Shown: positions 38,898 through 53,161 of the stretch, one piece after another
Numbering within the stretch: position 1 is the first letter of the stretch
How the letters are laid out: each line of letters begins with the position of its first letter
From: Octopus sinensis
Lineage: Eukaryota
DNA: 64,000 bases
Reading direction: 5' to 3'
Assembly: GCF_006345805.1 (NCBI RefSeq)
Contig: NC_043004.1
Span: 97,340,001 to 97,404,000 of the forward strand
Position numbers and translations under genes: made by a program
Notes under the pieces: generated by a model
Database searches by the model: none
What the model was told of the DNA's origin: nothing
The model's input: only the letters and a program-made list of their open reading frames with translations

Positions 38898-39270
38898 TTG
38901 ATAACAGAGCACTATATTGGCAGCAGAGACCAATTCTGGTCAAGAATTGGAGGGTCAACCTTAGCAATGATTAGGTGTCTCTACTGTGCCACATCTGTAA
39001 TAGAGCAGATGAGACCATTGCCCATACCACGAACGAATGTCCTAGACTTGTCCAAAACCATTACAAGTTGTAGCGACACGTCAAGGTAGCGACACGTCAA
39101 GGTAGCGACACGTCAAGGTAGCGACACGTCAAGGTAGCGACACGTCAAGGTAGCGAATGTGCTACCTGGGTCCCCAATACTACACATTATCTAAATAATA
39201 GCTTTGCTAGGAACAACCCAAATCTTACGCAAGACGTTATCAATTCAAGTATACAACCTAAGCAAAACAA
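38898..39270 (+). mobile_element. RLE retrotransposon remnant with internal deletion
   Basis: CHICNRADETIAHTTNECP (CCHC) then directly IALLGTTQILRKTLSIQ. Confidence 0.8.
39070..39156. repeat. Perfect 16-bp tandem repeat GTAGCGACACGTCAAG x5 plus 7 bp
   Basis: Direct reading. Confidence 0.95.
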
Positions 39271-39789
39271 TCCATAGACACAAGATACTGTCGATATAGC
39301 AAATATCCAATGAAATAAACTACCACCAGCAGGCTAGATACCCAAAGCTTTACACACACAACACACAATACAAAAACTAATATAACAAGGGTGGAGTTTT
39401 CACACTCTCAACAACAGAAAAAAGCATACAATGCTGCACACACATTGAATGCTACATTTGATAAGAAAAACAATACGACACAGTTTTGTTTGTTGGGCTT
39501 GTATTGGTAGAAACGTTAGATGGCTTAGTAGAATACCTCACAACATTTCTTATGGCTTTCTAACCCAAGGTTTAAACCCCATTGAGGTTAACTTCACCTT
39601 TCATCCTTTCGAGGGTTGATAAAATGCTAATCGAGAGATGTCTTGCAAACAACTTGTCACATGCAAGTGCTACCAGTTAAAAGCTTCGTATACCGGAAGC
39701 TAGCAAGTGTATGGGGTCATCAGGAGAGAATGCGCGCCGTTTCGGGGCCTACCTCTCGACGGCATCAATGCGCACCGGCCCCCCTCACT

Positions 39790-40035
39790 GATGCCTATAC
39801 CATCTTTTTTCTGTTGTTATTCCATAATCTTGGCATAGCTTCCAGTGTATGTAGGTCCCAACTCTGTCATGTCTGTGAATATATTCCTTCTCAGCCAGGA
39901 CTGGGCAGCCAGAGATAATATGATTTATTGTTTCTTGTCCATCTCCACATATTCTGCAGTTACTTGTTATATTTCTTTTCATTACATGTTTTTGGTAATT
40001 TCTGGTGGGTGGCTTTGGTCTTGTGCTGCAATTAA
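39790..40035 (-). mobile_element. R4/Dong-like CCHC fragment
   Basis: CRICGDGQETINHIISGCP...RHDRVGTYIHWKLC, near-identical to the 25.6-25.8 kb region. Confidence 0.9.
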
Positions 40036-40348
40036 AAATCCCTCTGAGTATAATTGGCGAAACTGTTACAAGATCAAGCCAAATATCTAACGGTATTTGT
40101 CCAAAGTCTTTCAGTATGACAACAACCCCTGTGATGATACCAGTGCCGAGTAGTATCGGTCAAATACGGCGAACTTCCCGTTGGCTCATTGGACGGGAGA
40201 AGGGAGATTTACAAGCATGGATAACTGCGAGTTTTAAAAATAAATCTTTCCCAGGCCTACATATATATGTGCTGATACATGGTTAAAATTTGATCACCGG
40301 TAACCCTACGCACAACAACAAACGTTACCAAACGATATAGTAACCTAC

Positions 40349-40579
40349 GGCGGTGAGCTGGCAGAAACGTTAGCACGCCGGGCGAAATGCGTAACCGTAT
40401 TTCGTCTGCCGTTACGTTCTGAGTTCAAATCCCGCTGAGGTCGACTTTGCCTTTCATCCTTTCGGGGTCGATAAATTAAGTACCAGTTACGCACTGGAGT
40501 CGATGTAATCGACTCAATCCGTTAGTCTGTCCTTGTTTGTCCCCTCTATGTTCAGCCCCTTATGGGTAATAAAGAAACA
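40349..40579 (+). mobile_element. SINE family B monomer with 15-bp TSD
   Basis: GATATAGTAACCTAC at 40334-40348 and 40580-40594. Confidence 0.9.
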
Positions 40580-41095
40580 GATATAGTAACCTACAAAGAT
40601 AAAATAACCATGAAAGATATGTTGCTAGCAATAAACAGCCCAAAAATACAAGATGGATACAAAACACACGTAAAATAAACTATGTAGTTTACGAGCAGTT
40701 AATCAATGAATAATTTAAAATCCGGCATTGATAATTTTATGAGTTATAACAGTATTCCCATGATACTATACAACCTGCTGCAAATCGCACGAACAACACG
40801 CCATTAATACTATTGCTTCATTCAGATGATTAAATCGAGGAGTTCTTGAAAGGTTAATGGGCTAATGGATTTAGGAAGGTTATTGTTCCAAAATAAACGC
40901 GAATGACTAGGGATGACAAGAAATATTCTTAATAATAAGAGATTAATCTTGAAGTGATTCGTGCCATTTAAATAACATATTCGAAAAAAAAAATTGCTCA
41001 CTATTTATGGATATATATACATACATATGTATGTTTGTACGTGTATGTACTGCTATATGTTTGTGTATATGTAGGTTTGTAAATATATATGTTTG

Positions 41096-41148
<53 letters not shown>

Positions 41149-41486
41149 CACGTACACACACTTTCGGGTTCATTATTCACGTTTGGTAATTATGGAAAAC
41201 TGATGGAGCTTAATTTATTTCTTTTGACAATTTTTAAATGAAATTTGAAGTAAATTTGAAAAACAGACAAATAATGACATCGTTAATGTATTTTGTATTT
41301 ATTCAATAATATTCCCATTGCTTACATGTTTTTAACTTAATAGGTTTCTTTAGTACAATTCTGAATTTTAAACTTAACGGAAAATTTTAGAGGAAAACTA
41401 TGAAAATCAGATAATCTCAGAGTAACAACGGAGTTCTGGTCACGAAAATGGTACTTGTCTTCATAATCAGCAATCAATTCTGGTAT

Positions 41487-41524
<38 letters not shown>

Positions 41525-41719
41525 GAATATATATACATGCACACACATATATGTGCGTGTGTTTGTGTGTTAATCTTAAACAAGAATACTGTCGACAATA
41601 TTCTCGTTTAAGAATAATGAATTTGCACTCTTAAGGAGAATGTAATGAAGCATCAGATTAATCTAAAATTGGTTTTATTTGTAATTGGACATAAAAACAA
41701 ATATTGATACATATACATA

Positions 41720-42310
41720 TAGGCGCAGGAGTGGCTGAGTGGTAAGTAGCTTGTTTACCAACCACGTGGTTCCGGGTTCAGTCCCACTAGGAGTGGCTGT
41801 GTGGTAAGTAGCTTGTTTACCAACCACATGGTTCCGGGTTCAGTCCCACTAGGAGTGGCTGTGTGGTAAGTAGCTTGTTTACCAACCACATGGTTCCGGG
41901 TTCAGTCCCACTAGGAGTGGCTGTGTGGTAAGTAGCTTGTTTACCAACGACATGGTTCCGGGTTCAATCCCACTGTGTGGCACCTTGGGCAAGCATCTTC
42001 TACTATAGCCTCGGGCCGACCGAAGCCTTGTGAGTGGATTTGGTAGACGGAAACTGAAAGAAGCCCGTCGTATATATGTATATATATGCGTGTATGTGTT
42101 TGTGTATCTGTGTTTGTCCCCCTAGCATTGCTTGACAACCGATGCTGGTGTGTTTATGTCACCGTTACTTAGCGGTTCGGCAAAAGAGACCGATAGAATA
42201 AGTACTGGGCTGACAAAAGAATAAGTCCCGGGGTCGAGTTGCTCGACTAAAGGCGGTGCTCCAGCATGGCCACAGTCAAATGACTGAAACAAGTAAAAGA
42301 GTAAAAGAGT
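41720..42310 (+). mobile_element. SINE family A with four tandem copies of its 62-bp tRNA-like head
   Basis: Units start at 41727, 41789, 41851 and 41913. Confidence 0.92.
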
Positions 42311-42327
42311 ATATGTATATATATATA

Positions 42328-42680
42328 TAGTTGAAATTTATACAAAAACAAAAGACGAAGAGAGAAGTGTATGAACAACAAACAAATGTATTAGTTTAGC
42401 GCTCGGGAAAATGAAAAGGTGTTTTACGTTTTGAGTCTATTCTCCTCAACATTAAGGAATAAGAGAAAGCAAACAGAGAGCAAAAAACACCTTGTAGATT
42501 TCAGCGGCCCAGCATGGCAAGATTCTTTCATTCCCTCTGTTTATTTTCTCTTACTCCTTTCTGCTGAAGAGCGTAGGCTCGAAACGTAAAAGACTTTTTC
42601 CTTTTCCCGAGCGTCAAACTAATACACTTATTTGTTGTTCGTATACCTGTATTTGTATTTTGTTTTTCTATAAGTTTCTA
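42328..42680. mobile_element. Fold-back element with ~120-bp imperfect inverted arms, Penelope-pLTR-like
   Basis: 42328-42450 is a diverged reverse complement of 42563-42680; TA-rich flanks. Confidence 0.7.
42558..42618 (+). ncRNA. Hammerhead-like motif (A6C, extra A)
   Basis: UUU-CUGCUGA-A-GAGC GUAG GCUC-GAAA-CGU...GCGU-C-AAA. Confidence 0.5.
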
Positions 42681-42886
42681 TTATGTATTATACGCTCACG
42701 TGGTTATCCCAGTTTGACCCTGACTGAACTTCGTAATCTCTGGACTTGCATAACTGTACCACTTCCCGAACTTCCAGCTCCTCTCCTCATCCGCATATCA
42801 GCACTCCACCTGGATTAAAACCGGATCTACTAACTCTATCTTCATGGGTTACAGAATATTTTTCGTTTATATGTGTATATATATAT

Positions 42887-42946
<60 letters not shown>

Positions 42947-43199
42947 GACAAGAGAGAGCGAAAGATGTACATATACATATGTATAAATTAACAATTGAGG
43001 ATAAAATCTTTAAAAGAAATTATCAGTAGTCAGCGTGAAAAAACCTCATAAGAGAAAAAATCCGTAAATTCTTGTTTATTTTTAGTAGTTTTGACCGCAT
43101 TGGTCCCTCTTAGCGTGTGGGTATCTACGAATAGTAGTACCCTCAATATAATATAAATATATATATGTACATATATATATACATATAATATTATATATA

Positions 43200-43272
<73 letters not shown>

Positions 43273-43304
43273 ATGTATGTATATATGTATATACGTATAT
43301 ATAC

Positions 43305-43456
43305 ATGTGTAACCTATAGGAAGGTGTGCCTTTCAGCTGGAGGATTGAAAAGGCATGTCAAAAGATTCCATACTGTGGCACCTGTATTGCATTATGCAAT
43401 AGAATGTGCTTATCTTTCGCCGGGTTCAATAGTCATACAAGGGCTTCACACTGCAT
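43305..43456 (+). mobile_element. Two degenerate C2H2-like fingers, probably a LINE (RTE-type) C-terminal remnant
   Basis: CVTYRKVCLSAGGLKRHVKRFH, then after a frameshift CIALCNRMCLSFAGFNSHTRASH. Confidence 0.5.
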
Positions 43457-43529
43457 CATCAATGACTGATTTCAGTTATTATTTTTAGCAATAGCTTTGC
43501 TCGTATACGAAAAAGCAGCTTTTATATAT

Positions 43530-44471
<942 letters not shown>

Positions 44472-46391
44472 GTTGTTCCTGGTATGCATATTGATGGACA
44501 GTTAGACTGATATTTTTTTAATGTATTTCATACCGTATCTTGTCCCAAGGCCCCTAATTTTCTTCTTGCACTAACGACAACATATCCTTGCTCGTGAATG
44601 TAAACTATTCCAGAAAGTGAAACGTGATTGATGGTAAATAGAAACAAACTTCCAGTTAAGCGATTTTCATAGCTTGGTATATTACATACAATATGAAATT
44701 AAAGCTTATCTTATTCACCCAAAAATATACTGGTACAACCTAAAAGGGAAATATACATTACAATGACTTGAGGTGGTGACATGTGTAATCTGACGCATGT
44801 GTTGGAAGGTATACTTACACGGCTTACATATTGACGAGGTCATCTTCGTACTCAATATCGAAACAAACAACTATCCACCAGGTTTTTAAGACTAAGAGCA
44901 CTTTGAGTTCGATTGCTTAAATATGTTGACTAATATTAAATTCCACAAGAATACTAACCACACTCAAAAAAGGCTTTAGTTTAACATTAGGAAATTTTGA
45001 AATCCTATTAAAATACTTATTTAATTCAGGCAAAACTAAGAAATTCTCGAAACACAATTACAAACGAACCCAAAAGTATATTTGTAATTCCGTAATAAAA
45101 GAAGTTAGAACTTTAATTAAAAGTAGTTTCCAAATTATAAATACTAGGATGTACAGATATGGGCTTATCACTCCGCCAAATCTGCGATAGAGAAAATTAG
45201 TATGAAAATAATTAGCAAAATTACTGATAAGAAAAGCATGTAACTTCAAGCAAGAGAAAATTAACTGTAGACTTATAAATTAGTTCAGCAACATTAAGAA
45301 TAATAGTAGACAACAAGTTTATCTAAATTCGGCATTGTAGACTTTCCCAATCCATATTCATTCTTTTCTACTCCAGGCACAAGGCCTGAAATTTGGGGGG
45401 GAGGGGGCCAGTCGATTAGATCAACACCAGTACGCAACTGGTACTTAATTTATCGACCCCGAAAGGATGACAGGCAAAGTCGACCGAGGCGGAATTTGAA
45501 TTCACAACGTAAAGACAGACGAAATACTGGTAAGCATTTCATCCGACGTGCTAACGTTTCTGCCAGCTCGCCGCCTCCAATCCATATCTATTACTCAAAT
45601 CATTAGGACATTAGAGTTCCCTAATTCCAAGAGCACAATTTGTTTTCGATAAGGATTGCATCTGAAACAAGAGAATGTTACTGACGTTATCGTGCATACG
45701 TTTGCAGAAAATATATTCTACATAAATTCTAGAAAGATCGATTTCAAACCTTCATAGCTTCAGTTTTAAAATAATTTATGCACTCTTGCTTATATTATTA
45801 ATGTAGGCGTTTTAATTTCACCCTTATTTTATTGACCAACATCAATAAACATTTTTGAAGAAAACTAAAATAGAATTAACTCACTCCAAGTTTTTTGCAA
45901 CTGGAGGTTAGTACTGAAAAAAACCCAATTCATTAATATCACTAGAAGGCTATCAGGTTTCATCTAATGAGAAAATATTCAGTACCGCAGTTGCAAGCTA
46001 AAGCTCGACCCTAGAAGCAACGGATTCAAAGAGACGTTCGCGTACACTCAAACTACCCCACAACATTAAAACACAAACAGATGAAATAAAATTCAGTGAC
46101 ACATACGCCTAGTTTCGCTGAAAGCTCTGTGAAACTTAAAGAGAAATAGCATTAATGAAAAAAAATTGTCCTATAAACTATACATGCAAGAATAAAATTT
46201 AATCGACATAACATTAAAATTGGTCTGAACCCGGAACCATGTGGCTTGTAAGTAAGCTACTTACCACACAGCCACTCCTACGCCTTAGTCCAAACATCCT
46301 GTATTTCATGAGTGTATGTTTTACAGAGGATGCAAAATATAACTGCTCCTCCATAAGCATATAGCAGGCCTCTGCTCCAATCTGGATTTCG

Positions 46392-46785
46392 ACTATTTTC
46401 TTTTCGATAAAGAAGTGGATGGAAGCACTCCGTCGGTTACGACGACGAGGGTTCCGGTTGATCCGAATCAATGGAATAGCCTGCTCGTGAAATTAACGTG
46501 TAAGTGGCTGAGCACTCCACAGACACGTGTACCCTTAACGTAGTTCTCGAGGAGATTCAGCGTGACACAGAGTGTGACAAGGCCGGCCCTTTGAAATACA
46601 GGTACAACAGAAAAGGAAGTAAGAGTGAGAGAAAGTTGTGGTGAAAGAGTACAGCAGGGTTCACCACCACCCCCTGCAGGAGCCTTGTGAAGCTTTAGGT
46701 GTTTTCGCTCAATAAACACTCACAATGCTCGGTCTGGGAATCGAAACCACGATCCTACGACCGCGAGTCCGCTGCCCTAACCATT
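46392..46785 (-). mobile_element. SINE family C
   Basis: Reverse complement of 16946-17342. Confidence 0.85.
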
Positions 46786-47459
46786 TTAAGCACACAAAGG
46801 TTTTGGAACGCGACGCCAGATTTCTGAAACATGCAGCCGAAAACATACGACACCAATATGATGCAAATAAGAAAACCTTCTGAAACAAGTTTAGAAAGCT
46901 GCATGCTCGCGTCATATCAAGATAACCTGTTTAGACATTCTGTATGCCGTCGGCTGCTTATTCTTTTCCCGAAGATGGTTACCTTGTGTTGTAAAACATG
47001 ATTTCACAGCTGTTAAATCTTGTTAAATTCAGAACACAACATATTATGACATTCAACATTTAGTAGATATGACGACTTTCACACGGAAATATCACCGGGC
47101 TGTTGGGTGTGCCTGGCACGAACAACAACAAAGGAGAAAGAGAACGAAAAACCAAAGGAAAAAAAGAGTAATATCTGCTACAAACACTCTGGAAATATTC
47201 TCTTCGTAAACGCTGCGCGTACACAACGGCGACGAACTTCTCTGATCAGACCAACATTACACGGACATAAAAACCCACGTTGCTAAAAGTACGAAAGCCC
47301 CAAATGGAAAAAATTAATTACCGTGGCCTTGTTTCCAGTACACAACGCCCAACAGCATACAAAATTGTTAAATTTTTATTTCTGTTTGTGTGTGTGAGTG
47401 TGTATTGTGTGTATGTATATAAAATATAATATAATATTATATATATGTAATATTTATAA

Positions 47460-47494
47460 GCAATGCTAGGGGGGACAAACACAGACACACAAAC

Positions 47495-47529
<35 letters not shown>

Positions 47530-47693
47530 CGACGGGCTTCTTTCCGTTTCCGTTTACCAAATCCACTCACAAGGCATTGGTCAGCCCGGGGCTATAGCAG
47601 AAGACGCTTGCCCAAGGTGCCACGCAGTGGGACTGAACCCGGAACCATGTGGTTGGTTAGCAAGCTACTTACCACACAGCCACTCCTGCGCCT
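47460..47693 (-). mobile_element. SINE family A, 5' half
   Basis: Head and CORE-like block; an isolated 3' tail piece lies at 48860-48970 (+). Confidence 0.85.
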
Positions 47694-48662
47694 ACTGTAT
47701 ATTTTACCTAATTTTGTTTTATTCTATTTATTTTACTTCACGTTATTTATCTTAAGGTTTATTTTTGTGTTTCTAGTTTTTAGTTTGTGCTGTTGATATT
47801 TTATTTTCTATTATATTTATTCTGTTTTATTTTTTATCATTTTATTTTACTATATTGTATTTAGGTTTTAATTTTAACTTATCGTTTCTTTACACATTTC
47901 CTTTTTTATAATTTTTAATTTTTTTAAACGTTGTATAAAGTGCCACTGCAGCACAAATTAAAAAAACTAAGAAGCATAAGCGACCTTAAATACACACATC
48001 CTAATAAATACCATGCTAGAACTTCCATAAAATAGTTGTAAGCTATTACTCGATGTCCTAGATATAAAACTTCACCAAAAGATGACCATAAAAGATGCTG
48101 GTTAGCATCAAGTTTCAACACTCTGTGTCGACGCTATTCGATCACGGGAAAAGACACCAACAGACTGCGGTTGATTGCCAGAAAAGCGAGGCTTATTTCT
48201 ACAAAGATACAACAGTGACCTGCTTCCTTCCCCTCTCTTTTCTTTATTTCCGGGTTTCTTCTCCCTTCCTTTCCTGCCTTTTCTCCTTTTCTGTCTTTTA
48301 ACCTCTCCCTTAGCTTTTCCTATCTATATTTTGTTTTTATTTACTTTGCAACTTGCTGTGCAAACTCTGAAGATGAAAGCATTTTTAATGGTCGCTCATT
48401 AATTTCGATCGATCAATCGATTGATTGAATAAATGGAACCATGACCGCACCCAAAATGCTTATCAGAAGCAGATGTAAGTCTGCAATGCACTATTAAATA
48501 AATGTATAGTGCCCATTATTAAAGCCTTTTCTTATACACACACATATTACATATATATTAAATATATATATATATATATTATACATATATATACATACAT
48601 GCATGCATATATGTATATCATATACATATAACATATATATATATATAATATACGTCTATATT

Positions 48663-48692
<30 letters not shown>

Positions 48693-48694
<2 letters not shown>

Positions 48695-48813
48695 CACGTG
48701 ATCACGTGACCGACCAGGCTATCAGATGTTGCTACACATCGCTGGTCACAATGCGCTTCGTATTGTTTTAGCCTTCAAATGACGCCACCCCGCTGGCTAA
48801 GCAAGCAGGCCAA
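48693..48813 (-). mobile_element. Short GC-rich interspersed-repeat-like element ending in CACGTGATCACGTGAT
   Basis: 120-bp GC-rich block between TA tracts with a tandem palindromic tail; single copy here, family identity not established. Confidence 0.45.
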
Positions 48814-48990
48814 TATATGTATATATATATATTATATTATATTATATTTATACATCCCCGTCACTTAGCGATTCGGCAAAAGAGACCGATAGAATAAGTA
48901 CTGGGCTTACAAAGAATAAGCATGGCCGCAGTCAAATGACTGAAACAAGTAAAAGAGTAAAAGAGAGAGTAAAGAGTATAAGATACAGAG

Positions 48991-49074
48991 GAGTAGGAGG
49001 CACAAGCAGATACGATACAGTAGAGTAGGAGGCACAAGCAGATACGATACAGTGGAGTAGGGGGCACAAGCAGG
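48991..49074. repeat. 32-bp minisatellite, about 2.6 copies
   Basis: GAGTAGGAGGCACAAGCAGATACGATACAGTR. Confidence 0.85.
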
Positions 49075-49969
49075 TACTTTGAAATAAAAGTATAATGAGG
49101 TAAAGAACATAATCCCACGCAATGCAAAGTAACAGAAGTATAATGATGTGATTGATATGGGCAAATACGCAATAATAAAGAAATAGAAAAATAAACAAAT
49201 TATAAAAGATGCCAAAAAGTAATAAGAATAACAACAAAGAGGATAACAACAAAAAAAGAAAAAAATGTAAAATATAATAAAGATATAATATAAACGGAAT
49301 CCTCCTTCACACCCTCCAAAACAAAAAGAAAAGACATACTGATTGACGTGTATGTATGTCTTCTGATAGCTAAGTAACTAAGCAAACCAAGGAAGCTAAA
49401 AATATTAGCTTTACTACTTAAATTAAGTCAGTATCCTCCCTAATTTCACAGATCATTATTTATGAGTTTTATCTTATCCAGTACCTCACCTGATTGATTC
49501 TCATTTATCTAGGGAATAGTGCAAATATTTTATTTTAAATATCTTTACATCGTATAGCTAATTCTTCTCTTTTATTTTTGATGTCATACTCTGATGTAAA
49601 TATTAAGAATGTCTCTTCTAGGTAAATTTTCTTTTCCTTTGTCCTACGTCATAAGATTGCGCTCTGCTCAGTATCGAGTACTCTAAGTCATACTTGTCTT
49701 CAAAGTGCGAAATTAACTAAATAAGGGATATCAAGCTTTTCTTATTTCTGTGTCAAAATAGTGAGACATGGTTATAAAATCATAGTTTGAAAGCTGTTGT
49801 GCAACATGCAATGCAATTGTACACATTATCAATAACAACCGAGCACTAAGACACTATGTTTGTCACGAGGCATTGTTTATTTAACTGGCACTTATTAGGT
49901 TCTTTCCAGTTACAATTATTATTTAGAGCCTTATTATCACTACTCGCGTTGTTAAAATTATTATTATTA

Positions 49970-50298
49970 CACTGAGGAACACATTCTATTGAATGATATC
50001 TGACACTTGATACTAAGTAATTTGGGTGTACTGAATACGAATTTTAACTCGGTTTGACTCTCTCAGATACTGATTCTTTTCAACAGCCTATGTGCCGTTT
50101 TCCAAATTTTTCAAATTAGGGCTAAAAAATTTAGTCATGTGTTCAAATTTATTTTTAATTTTCATGAATACAAGCAGTTCAGATTACTATAAAAATACAT
50201 TATAACAATGGAAATGGCTTAAGATAACAAAATAATAATAATAAATAATAATAATAATAAATAATAATAATAATAATAATGATGATGATGATGATGAT

Positions 50299-50371
<73 letters not shown>

Positions 50372-50953
50372 TAATAATAATAATAATAATAAAAAGGAGA
50401 TACGAATCTTTCACCCTGGCAAAAACTTTCTTTTATAAAACTTTCCAGCATATTTGCTTGTTGATGGCAGGACTCTTCTCAAGTACCAACAGTAGTCAAC
50501 CATCATGTGAGAATCCGAACAGCTTTGGTACCGTTCCTCTACAATTTTGATATCTTGGTAGAACCTTTCCCCTTGTTTTTCACTTACAACACCTAAATTA
50601 CTTGGAAATTGGTCATGATGACTATTCAAAAACGGCGGTTTTACGCTCATATTGCAACCTAACTCTTTGTAGTTCCTTAAAAGTTGTTTTTAAGATTTCT
50701 TCGTAGCTATCTGCCCTATAATCGCCTAAAAAGTTTTCTGTAAAGTCCATGAATGAGAAATTTGCATTTTTTTTCCGCGTTCATTCATGACATTAATAAA
50801 ATCACAGTCTTTAATTAATGTTCTTATTTCTGGACCGTCAAAAATTTCTGCCTCGATCTTTTCATAAGTTAAACTTAGAAAGTTTGAAGTTATGTATTTG
50901 AAACACTCGCCGTTTGTATCTAAAGCTTTTACATATTGTTTAATGAGGCCTAG
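49970..50953 (-). mobile_element. Chapaev-3 (CMC) DNA transposon remnant with right end, interrupted by (AAT)n
   Basis: LGLIKQYVKALD..GECFKYI, IFDGPEIR, FPSNLGVVSEKQGERFYQDIK...MMVDYCW; terminus CACTGAGGAAC preceded by TTA. Confidence 0.8.
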
Positions 50954-50954
50954 T

Positions 50955-51713
50955 TTGATATGCAGAGGAGAAAATACGATTTGAGAAGGTCTTTCTCATT
51001 TTTTGTGTAATGTAATGTATGTGCTTGAAGTAAGCAATGTTTTTCTAAATCTCTTCCTGTGGGGCAGTCTTCCATAATGTGTGCCACTGTCTCGTTCCAA
51101 GTTCCACTGGCGCTATATTTTTCTAACATATTCTTTCCATATATATTTTTTCTCAAGTTGTTTGTTTTTGCTGCTACAATTAGGCTGACACCTCTTATTT
51201 TTCGAACACCTTCCGGAGTATTCAAGCGGTTCCAAGCAGTGCTGTTTTCTGCAAGTGCTCCACCCTTATTGCAGACCCTATTTGTTCCATGTACTTCTCG
51301 AGATTTTTACACACTGATCCCAGGGCTCTGATAATTATTGGTTCATCTTGTTCATTGACCACAACTGCTTAACCTCCCAAGCTAACTTGTCATATCTCTC
51401 GTCTTTTCTTTCTTCCTTATCACATACCTTGTTGTCAGCTGGGCATGCTATATCTATGATCCAGCATAGTTTGTTTTCTTTTTCAATGAAGACTATGTCT
51501 GGCTTCCTAATCTCTATCTCATGGTTGCACTGAATCATAAAATCCCATAGGACCTTTGCATTTTTATTTTCGATGGTGCCTTCGGGTTTCTGGTCGTACC
51601 AAGTTTTTGTTCTGTCAAGTCCATAGTTGTTGCAAAGCGTCCAATTGACAAGCCTGGCTATATTGTCGTGACGTCTCTTATATTCCTTCTGGGCTATTCG
51701 CGTACATTGGCTG

Positions 51714-51714
<1 letters not shown>
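50955..51714 (-). mobile_element. Two RLE retrotransposon fragments (51310-51714 and older 50955-51200)
   Basis: RRHDNIARLVNW, VLWDFMIQCNHEIEIRKPDIV, IIDIACP; ETVAHIMEDCP; preceded by (AAT)n. Confidence 0.8.
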
Positions 51715-51787
<73 letters not shown>

Positions 51788-52319
51788 TGTAGTTGTTACC
51801 TGTTCTCCCATTCTGTTTTCTTTCCTTCTCATTCCATATCTTTATAGCTTTTTTTCAAAAATTTACTTTGCCACATATCCTGACTCCGAAGACAATAGCA
51901 TTTTAAACAGTCTTTTACTATTTTCAATCATTCAATCGAACGAATAGTTCAACGGAACTGTGACTGTGCCCAAAATTCATAACGGAAACAGCTGTAACTT
52001 TACAATGCACAAATAAATGAATAAAGCCCAATATTTATGCTTTTTTTGTACACCTCCAAAGTTGACTGTTGATGGACACCGATCAAAGAATTATTTATTA
52101 GCCTGGTGCATTTGCATTAGTAGAGAGCGTAAGAAGTATTTTCCCGAATTGGCACATACATACACACGTGCACACACGCACGCTCGCACGGGCACACGCA
52201 TACACAGATACACACAAACGCATACACACATATGTATGAATATATTGTTAAATAAAGACGAATATGTGGTGGGTTATCTGATTGAGTGTATGTAATTATA
52301 AACGGATATAGAGAAACGT

Positions 52320-52472
52320 GAGAAGCTTGCTTCCCAACCACATGGTTCTGGGTTCAGTCCCACTGCGTGGCACCTTGGGCAAATGTTTTCTACTATAGCC
52401 TCGGGCTGACCGAAGCATTGCGAGTGGATTTGTTAGACGGGAACTGAAAGAAGGCTGTCGTATATATGTATG

Positions 52473-52507
<35 letters not shown>

Positions 52508-52511
52508 ATGT

Positions 52512-52579
<68 letters not shown>

Positions 52580-52775
52580 ATGTCTGTGTTTGCCTCCATC
52601 GCCATCGCCTGACAATCGATGGCGGAGTATTTACATCCCTGTAATCTAGTGGTTCGGCAAATAAGTAACTAGGCTTACAAAGAATAAGTTCTGGGGTCAA
52701 TTTATTCGAATATAACACATTGAGGTAGTGCTCCAGCATGGCCGTAGTCAAATGACTGAAACAAGTAAAAGAACA
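52320..52775 (+). mobile_element. SINE family A with expanded (GT)n
   Basis: Consensus motifs. Confidence 0.8.
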
Positions 52776-53103
52776 AAAGAATATGTGAAATACATATGTC
52801 TGTGTATTGCAACGCAGACACTGTGTCTGTGTGTCCCCTCCTCGAATCAAGTCATGGAAAACAACATAACGCACGCCACGATGATCCACTGAACTATCCA
52901 TTAACATCAACTAAAAAACCTTTTCTAGTTGAATAAATATATTGACATTGATGAACAGGAATAATACTAGTTTATAAACAACAGCACTTTTCTCTGTGAA
53001 ATATTATATCGATGAACTGTTAACTTGTACTTTTCTGTTATATGTGTGTGTGTATATATATATAATATTATGAACAAGTAAATATTCATACATATATATA
53101 TAT

Positions 53104-53161
<58 letters not shown>

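Noticed and set aside
39070-39156. CRISPR-like appearance of the 16-bp array (also the 62-bp and 32-bp arrays)
   Set aside because: No unique spacers, no cas genes, eukaryotic context
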